From an uncultured virus (IMG/VR IMGVR_UViG_3300037507_001084) (Duplodnaviria; Heunggongvirae; Uroviricota; Caudoviricetes): a DNA stretch of 20,000 bases. Location of the stretch: IMG/VR virus record IMGVR_UViG_3300037507_001084, one strand, 5' to 3'. The position numbers and the translations under genes are program-made. Shown piece after piece: positions 14,450-20,000 of the stretch (the first letter of the stretch is position 1; the number at the start of each line of letters is the position of its first letter). Below the pieces are notes generated by a model, which worked only from the letters and a program-made list of their open reading frames with translations, had not been told where the DNA came from and did not search any database.

Positions 14450-15208
14450 ATGCCTGTAAGAACTCGTAAAACAAAGCAAGCTGTTCCATCGGGAATGAGC
14501 GTCAAACAAATGAAGCGCAAGAAACCATTAAACATGGATTATTTCGCTAAGGATATTGAACCACTTACTGAAGCACAACGCAAGATGTTTGAAGAGTGGG
14601 AAAATGATAAGCATCTATTTGCTTATGGTGCTGCTGGAACTGGTAAAACATTCGTGGCACTTTACCTAGCACTCAAGGATGTTCTTAATGAGAATACTCC
14701 ATACGAAAAGGTATACATTGTTCGCTCTCTTGTAGCAACCCGTGAGATTGGTTTCCTACCTGGAGACCATGAAGATAAGTCATCGCTTTACCAAATTCCT
14801 TATAAGAATATGGTGAAGTATATGTTTGAACTTCCCACTGATGAGGAGTTTGAACTACTGTATGGTAATCTAAAAACTCAGGGAACTATTAGCTTCTGGT
14901 CTACATCATTCCTTCGCGGAACCACAATGGATAATTGTATTATCCTTGTTGACGAAATGCAAAATCTAAACTTCCATGAACTCGACTCTATCATTACCCG
15001 TGTTGGTCAGGATTGTAAGATCATCTTCTCTGGTGACGTTCAACAGACTGACTTAGTTCGCACTAATGAACGCAACGGTATCCTTGACTTCCAGCGTATC
15101 ATTGGTACAATGGAAGAGTTTGCTTCTGTTGAGTTTGGTGTTCAAGACATTGTTCGTTCTGGACTTGTTCGTTCTTATCTGATTAGTAAAATTAATTTGG
15201 GATTCTAA
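14450..15208 (+). CDS. phoH: PhoH-family ATPase
   Basis: Walker A GAAGTGKT, IGFLPG, FLRGTT, DEMQN, GDVQQTD, DIVRSG. Confidence 0.95.
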   Translation: MPVRTRKTKQAVPSGMSVKQMKRKKPLNMDYFAKDIEPLTEAQRKMFEEWENDKHLFAYGAAGTGKTFVALYLALKDVLNENTPYEKVYIVRSLVATREIGFLPGDHEDKSSLYQIPYKNMVKYMFELPTDEEFELLYGNLKTQGTISFWSTSFLRGTTMDNCIILVDEMQNLNFHELDSIITRVGQDCKIIFSGDVQQTDLVRTNERNGILDFQRIIGTMEEFASVEFGVQDIVRSGLVRSYLISKINLGF

Positions 15209-15883
15209 ATGTTTATTCATTCTTCGTCATTCGCCCCCATTGAATTGGAACCTATTATGGTAGATGGTCGCAGGGTTTACCCTGTTCCTTCTGGTGGTAA
15301 GTATCCATCTATTACTACAGTTCTTGGGGTGTGCCCGAAGAAGAAAAAGAAACTCAATGAGTGGAGACAGCGTGTGGGTGCTGATAAAGCACAGGCAATT
15401 TCTAATCGCTCTGCTACTCGTGGTACTCACTTCCACAAAATAGTTGAAGATTTTCTGAATAACTGCTATAATGAAAGCAACTTCAAAGGGAATCCCCTCC
15501 CCCTTTTGATGTTCAAAAATGCTGTGCCAACACTCAATAGAATCACTAAGGTCTATTTACAAGAAGCAGCATTATACTCAGATCACCTAGAAGTAGCTGG
15601 GCGAGTTGATTGTATTGGTGAGTTTGATGGTATTCCATCCATCATTGACTTCAAAACCTCAAAGGAAGAGAAGCGTGAAGAATGGATGGAAGATTATTAT
15701 ATTCAAGAAACAGCATATGGTTGTATGTTTTACGAACTATATAATACACGCATCAAACAACTTGTAACTATCGTTGCTTGCGAAGATGGCAATACGCAAG
15801 TTGTTATCAAGCAACCAAAAAAAGAATATCTCGATAGACTAATCGAACTACGCGCACTCTACCAGGAAATCTATGGAGGATAA
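15209..15883 (+). CDS. PD-(D/E)XK exonuclease (T4-like cyanophage exonuclease)
   Basis: YPSITTVL, RGT.FH, AGRVDC, IIDFKTS, Q..AY. Confidence 0.9.
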   Translation: MFIHSSSFAPIELEPIMVDGRRVYPVPSGGKYPSITTVLGVCPKKKKKLNEWRQRVGADKAQAISNRSATRGTHFHKIVEDFLNNCYNESNFKGNPLPLLMFKNAVPTLNRITKVYLQEAALYSDHLEVAGRVDCIGEFDGIPSIIDFKTSKEEKREEWMEDYYIQETAYGCMFYELYNTRIKQLVTIVACEDGNTQVVIKQPKKEYLDRLIELRALYQEIYGG

Positions 15884-16121
15884 TATACTACAGGAAAAAT
15901 TTATGACAGTTGCAAGATTCTCTTCAGAAGTGGAGACGCTTGTGAACAGTGATTCAATGAGCTATATTGATGCTATCATTCATTATTGTGATATCAACGA
16001 TATTGAGTTGGAGACTGTGCCCAAGTTGATTTCAAAACCACTAAAAGAAAAACTAAAACATGAAGCTCAACAATTGAACTTCATCAAAAAAACATCTAGA
16101 GCAAAATTAATGTTAGTATGA
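15873..16121 (+). CDS. gp33: late promoter transcription accessory protein
   Basis: SYIDAI.HYC..NDIE.E...KLISKPLKEKL..EA..LNF. Confidence 0.92.
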   Translation: MEDNILQEKFMTVARFSSEVETLVNSDSMSYIDAIIHYCDINDIELETVPKLISKPLKEKLKHEAQQLNFIKKTSRAKLMLV

Positions 16122-16462
16122 GCGACTTCTTTGATTCAGATATCGTCCGTAACGAGGCGAAAGAAATGGAGTTCCTACAAATGAAAGCAATGGAACTCAC
16201 ACTTGCTTCTCCCATGAAAGGAAGCAAGGAAGATCAACTTGAATATATTAATGTTGTTCGTTCTCTAGTTGAAAAACAACAAATCTTTTACACTCGTCTC
16301 AAACTTTCTGATGATCCTCGCGCAGTAGAAATGTGTGAGCAGATTGAACAAGGTGCCAAGATGCTTTATGGATGGTGGGAAACGCAAGATGTTCTCTCCT
16401 TGATGCGTAACATGCTTGACAAGCTCGACGAGTTTGAAAAAGAGATCGAGGCAGAGGGTTGA
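16118..16462 (+). CDS. DUF1825-like cyanophage/cyanobacterial protein
   Basis: MSDFFDSDIV and Q.IFYTRLKLSDDP.A motifs. Confidence 0.8.
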   Translation: MSDFFDSDIVRNEAKEMEFLQMKAMELTLASPMKGSKEDQLEYINVVRSLVEKQQIFYTRLKLSDDPRAVEMCEQIEQGAKMLYGWWETQDVLSLMRNMLDKLDEFEKEIEAEG

Positions 16463-16487
16463 CACCGACCTCTGCCCGTGGTATGAT
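16459..16487 (+). promoter_or_regulatory. gp32 sigma70 promoter TTGACA-N17-TATGAT with extended -10
   Basis: TTGACA 16459-16464; TG 16479-16480; TATGAT 16482-16487. Confidence 0.85.
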
Positions 16488-16542
16488 GACTAAGTGATGA
16501 GGTGTCACACAGACCAAATCCAAAACAATCCGAGGTAATCCT

Positions 16543-17460
16543 ATGTCTTTCGCTGATCTCAAGCGCAAATCTCAAAACTCCTTTGCTTCTCTGACTAAGG
16601 AACTTGAGAAAGCAAACTCCACTTCCAGTTCCGATGACCGTTTCTGGAAACCTAGCGTTGACGCCGCTGGCAATGGTTTTGCTGTTATTCGTTTCCTTCC
16701 TGCTCCTGATGGTGAGGAAATCCCGTTCGTGAAACTCTATTCCCACGCCTTTCAAGGTGATGGTGGTTGGTATATCGAGAACTCTCTCACCACTCTGGGT
16801 CAGAAAGATCCTGTGGGTGAGGTGAATCGTCGCCTGTGGAATAGTGGTCGTGATGCTGATAAAGAAACTGCCCGTAAGCAGAAGCGTAAACTGACTTACT
16901 ACGCTAACATCTATGTGGTGAGCGATAAAGCAAACCCCGATAATGAAGGCAAAGTGTTCCTGTATAAGTTCGGTAAGAAAATCTTTGATAAGATTACCGC
17001 TGCTATGCAACCTGAGTTTGAAGATGAGACTCCCGTGAATCCTTTCGATCTGTGGGAAGGTGCTAACTTCAAACTGAAGATCACCAACGTTGCTGGTTAC
17101 TGGAACTACGACAAGTCTGAGTTCGCTGCTCCTTCTGCTCTCGCCGCTGATGATTCCAAACTGGAAAACATTTGGCGTCAGGCACACTCCCTCCAAGCAT
17201 TCGTATCTCCTGATAACTTCAAGAGCTATGAAGAACTGGAGGAGCGTTTGAATCTGGTGCTGGGTATCACCCAGACTCCTGCTGCTGCCCGCGCCGCTCA
17301 GGTGACTCGCGTGATGGATGAGGAAGAGGATGAAGAGTTCTCTGCTCCCGCTCCCGTTGCTCGCCGTGAACCTGCCCTACCTAAGGTAGCAGTTGCTGCT
17401 GGAACTGACGATGATGACGATGCTCTAAGTTACTTTGCTCGTCTCGCTGAAGAAGACTGA
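16543..17460 (+). CDS. gp32: single-stranded DNA-binding protein
   Basis: DDRFWK, GNGFAVIRFLP, WYIENSLTT, KFGKKIFDKI, acidic tail DDALSYFARLAEED. Confidence 0.97.
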   Translation: MSFADLKRKSQNSFASLTKELEKANSTSSSDDRFWKPSVDAAGNGFAVIRFLPAPDGEEIPFVKLYSHAFQGDGGWYIENSLTTLGQKDPVGEVNRRLWNSGRDADKETARKQKRKLTYYANIYVVSDKANPDNEGKVFLYKFGKKIFDKITAAMQPEFEDETPVNPFDLWEGANFKLKITNVAGYWNYDKSEFAAPSALAADDSKLENIWRQAHSLQAFVSPDNFKSYEELEERLNLVLGITQTPAAARAAQVTRVMDEEEDEEFSAPAPVARREPALPKVAVAAGTDDDDDALSYFARLAEED

Positions 17461-17466
17461 TAAGTT

Positions 17467-17490
17467 GGGGGCATCTGCCCCCTTTTATTT
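17467..17490 (+). terminator. intrinsic terminator after gp32
   Basis: GGGGGC-ATCT-GCCCCC-TTTTATTT between convergent genes. Confidence 0.85.
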
Positions 17491-18189
17491 ACCCGAAAGT
17501 TTTGTCGTTTTGTCAACGTAAGCTGATGATCTAGAGTATTCCATGCCAGCTTCAAATTGCGAAATAAATTCTTGAACGAATTGAGGTTTTAAAATATAAA
17601 TTTCTCTCTTCACATCGTTTAATTTCAACTCATATTCATAGTTCGTGATTGCCGTGATGACACTACTGCCATTTACTTTCATAGTAGCACCTGATCCGCT
17701 ATCATAATAATAGAATTTTCCATCGCTAGGTTTAAGTGGACTGTTAGAGAAAGTAGATTCAACTTTTAATCCAGATTGTAGCACAACTCTACCAGCACTA
17801 TCTTTCACTTCTCTGGTTTCGTAGTGATGAATTCTATCAGCAGGAAGTACAGACTGATTACCAGGAGCATCTTTGTATGCTTCGTTTACCATATCGTATA
17901 GTCTTGTCTCTGGTTTTGGTAAATCAGAATAAGTATTTAAGATGTTGTTGGTGATGGCGATAATCCAATCATACTCTGGATTCTCATAAAATTTATCTGC
18001 TAAAACATCCAACCTATCAGTATCAATCATGGCATACTTATCAAACAAAGTATTGTAGTTGAAAGATGATTCGGATAACTTGTAACGACGAAAGAAATTT
18101 TTGACAAGAACATATTCTGTTTCCGAATATGGAAACGTCAAAGGTTTTTTATCGTACTCTACGTTAGGTAGTCTGTTGAAGTATGCCAT
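17485..18189 (-). CDS. gp53: baseplate wedge protein
   Basis: MAYF..LPNVEY, KNFFRR, R.D.LA.KFY....YDWII..TNNI, HHYET, TNYEYE..LND.KR.I. Confidence 0.9.
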   Translation of the reverse strand: MAYFNRLPNVEYDKKPLTFPYSETEYVLVKNFFRRYKLSESSFNYNTLFDKYAMIDTDRLDVLADKFYENPEYDWIIAITNNILNTYSDLPKPETRLYDMVNEAYKDAPGNQSVLPADRIHHYETREVKDSAGRVVLQSGLKVESTFSNSPLKPSDGKFYYYDSGSGATMKVNGSSVITAITNYEYELKLNDVKREIYILKPQFVQEFISQFEAGMEYSRSSAYVDKTTKLSGK

Positions 18190-18191
18190 GA

Positions 18192-19079
18192 TTATCTAAA
18201 CTTAGTGTTACCTTCACCAATTTCATCAGCAAAGAGTAGTTTGAGTTCTCTGAAATTAACTTGTAGTCCTAGTCCTATTGGTCTTCCATCTTCAAATGTC
18301 ATGTATTGTCCCTCGGTAATATAATCAACACTTACACTTGTTATGGCAGATGTTTTAAATCTTGGAAGATATAAATGTTCTTCTGATGTCTCTCCTCCTT
18401 GGTGAAAAGAAACTCTACATACATTAGGAATGCCAATAAAGTTTCTTACATTGGCATTTAAAATTTTAGCAGTATTCCCTTTTGGTGCTGCTGCTTGTTT
18501 GAATACTGTAGCAATTTTATCTATCGCTTTTGCTTCTGTTTCAGTTTGAGCAATCATCTTAAATGTGTAACCATGATTTCTTAGTTGAGTACCTTGATAT
18601 AACAATTCTGTATTTGGATTTGTAATGTATCCACTAACAAGTCCTAGATAATCGTTGAGTTGTAGATTTGAACCAACTCCTGGAGCAGTTGATAATTTTT
18701 CTGCTGCTAGTTTTAATGCATCTTCCAGCACGCCCGTAGCAGCACCTGCTGTCATTTTACTTACAAACTCTCCAATGTTGTTTCCTACTTTGTCTAAATT
18801 GGTAATGCCACCAACCGCACCAATAGCAGCAGCTGCCAATCCAGAAAAAGATCTATCGCCCCAGGTTCCAACGATAGAACTGCCAATATCATTTGGCATA
18901 GTTATTATTATTTCATCAAGTTTAGCTGGTGTTAGTGCTATCGCACTTTTGTTGTATAATACACCAGAAGCAGCACCAGTAATCGCTCCATCACTATACG
19001 GTGCCTTGTATTCAAAAAATTTAAATTTTATATAGTCGGAACTACCATTAATATTTTCTGGATACTTTAAAGTTGCCAT
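18192..19079 (-). CDS. gp48: baseplate tail tube cap
   Basis: LKYP, NPNTELLYQG..LR.H.YTFKM, P.FKTSAITSVSVDY, L.VNFRE; synteny with gp53. Confidence 0.85.
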   Translation of the reverse strand: MATLKYPENINGSSDYIKFKFFEYKAPYSDGAITGAASGVLYNKSAIALTPAKLDEIIITMPNDIGSSIVGTWGDRSFSGLAAAAIGAVGGITNLDKVGNNIGEFVSKMTAGAATGVLEDALKLAAEKLSTAPGVGSNLQLNDYLGLVSGYITNPNTELLYQGTQLRNHGYTFKMIAQTETEAKAIDKIATVFKQAAAPKGNTAKILNANVRNFIGIPNVCRVSFHQGGETSEEHLYLPRFKTSAITSVSVDYITEGQYMTFEDGRPIGLGLQVNFRELKLLFADEIGEGNTKFR

Positions 19080-19757
19080 TTACGTTACGTCTGTGATATC
19101 TTCTGGGCTTCCGTATCCTTTTATGATACGCTTGGCTTTGATGCGATCATTATATTTTTCGTTGGTTTCTTTCCACACATCAGATGATTTATATGGAATT
19201 AGTACCCCACTTCTTTCTCTAACAAAGTGTTCTACTGGTAGTGTAATAGCAGTATCCCATTCATTGATAGAAAGATCTAAAAGGAATCCATCTACATGGT
19301 CTAAAATATATTTATGAAGACATGATCGAGGCAAGTCTATTCTATCATCTTTTAGTTTTTGTATTGCTATTACTCTTTTTCTTGGTTCTAGATAATGAAG
19401 ATTGAAACCAAAGAAATGATCTGTGTTGGCTTTGATGACGTAGACTAGAGGAAAAGTATCGTAGTATGGTAGATACTTCATCTTTGCTTTGTATTCAAAA
19501 AGAAACAGTCTACCCTGTCTCGCATATCTTCTTAATCTATTTTGATCTTGAGCATCACTATCATCATTTCTATCTCTGCGTTCATCTCTTATTGTTTTGT
19601 CTGGATTCTGTTTGTATTCAAGTGCCATCGAACGAACAGTCTTTCTATACCACTGCCAAGTCTGTTCTTCTCCATCAGTTTTTTCTTTTACTCTTTCAAA
19701 GAGTGTTTGGTATCCTTTTGATTTTCCTCTTGATTCTTTTTTGAATCCTTTTGCCAT
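19080..19757 (-). CDS. gp2: DNA end protector protein
   Basis: GRLFLFEY.AK...LPYYDTFPLV, GFNLHYL, LHKYI..HV, EW..AI.LPVE.F. Confidence 0.85.
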   Translation of the reverse strand: MAKGFKKESRGKSKGYQTLFERVKEKTDGEEQTWQWYRKTVRSMALEYKQNPDKTIRDERRDRNDDSDAQDQNRLRRYARQGRLFLFEYKAKMKYLPYYDTFPLVYVIKANTDHFFGFNLHYLEPRKRVIAIQKLKDDRIDLPRSCLHKYILDHVDGFLLDLSINEWDTAITLPVEHFVRERSGVLIPYKSSDVWKETNEKYNDRIKAKRIIKGYGSPEDITDVT

Positions 19758-19760
19758 ACG

Positions 19761-20000
19761 TCATACCCCCAAGTGATCTTCGGTGAGAATAAGGAACTGC
19801 ATCTGTCTATCCTCACACCAGTCACTTGCGGCTTCCCATTTCGCTTGGTTCTTTAGAAACGTCAGGACTTTATCTTTGTATAATTTAGTTTGTTTCTTTG
19901 CTGGGGGTGGAGGAGATGTTTGATTCTTTGGTTTGATTTCAACAAGATATTTTTTAATTTCATTTGTTTTGGTACGAACTTTAATATAGAAGTCCACATA
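19761..20000 (-). CDS. gp4: head completion nuclease, 3' part (truncated by the window)
   Basis: DFYIK...LVEIKPK.QT.PP...NQAKWEAA...F.ILTE.HL. Confidence 0.9.
   Translation of the reverse strand, partial: YVDFYIKVRTKTNEIKKYLVEIKPKNQTSPPPPAKKQTKLYKDKVLTFLKNQAKWEAASDWCEDRQMQFLILTEDHLGV

Noticed and set aside
16366..17196. 276-aa antisense ORF opposite gp32
   Set aside because: Shadow of a strongly codon-biased sense gene; no motifs or credible initiation signals

Overview
A 20-kb segment of a T4-like cyanophage (cyanomyovirus) genome. It is probably of the S-PM2/S-CRM01-like type: psbA has no adjacent psbD and there is no gp59 between gp33 and gp32 (inference). The left part (1-10.7 kb) is accessory. 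It holds a minus-strand array of about 11 micro-ORFs, many with one hydrophobic segment, and a divergent hli-peptide-hli operon. These are followed by a 2OG-Fe(II) oxygenase, a late operon encoding a repeat-rich fibre-like protein and a subtilisin (S8) protease, an intron-less psbA, a PlcP/LpxH2-like metallophosphoesterase, speD and a glutaredoxin. The right part is core T4-like: rnh, thyX, a pyrimidine-dimer-glycosylase-like gene, phoH, an exonuclease, gp33, gp32 and the convergent gp53, gp48, gp2 and partial gp4. Many sigma70-type and T4 late (TATAAATA-like) promoters and intrinsic terminators can be read directly. Most notable: the PlcP-like phospholipase candidate next to psbA; an 18-bp promoter core plus HLR1-like boxes shared by hli and psbA; repeated promoter/hairpin overlap switches; a protease whose cupredoxin-like module has lost its copper ligands; and the microprotein array. 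All family calls are from motif recognition, not database searches.
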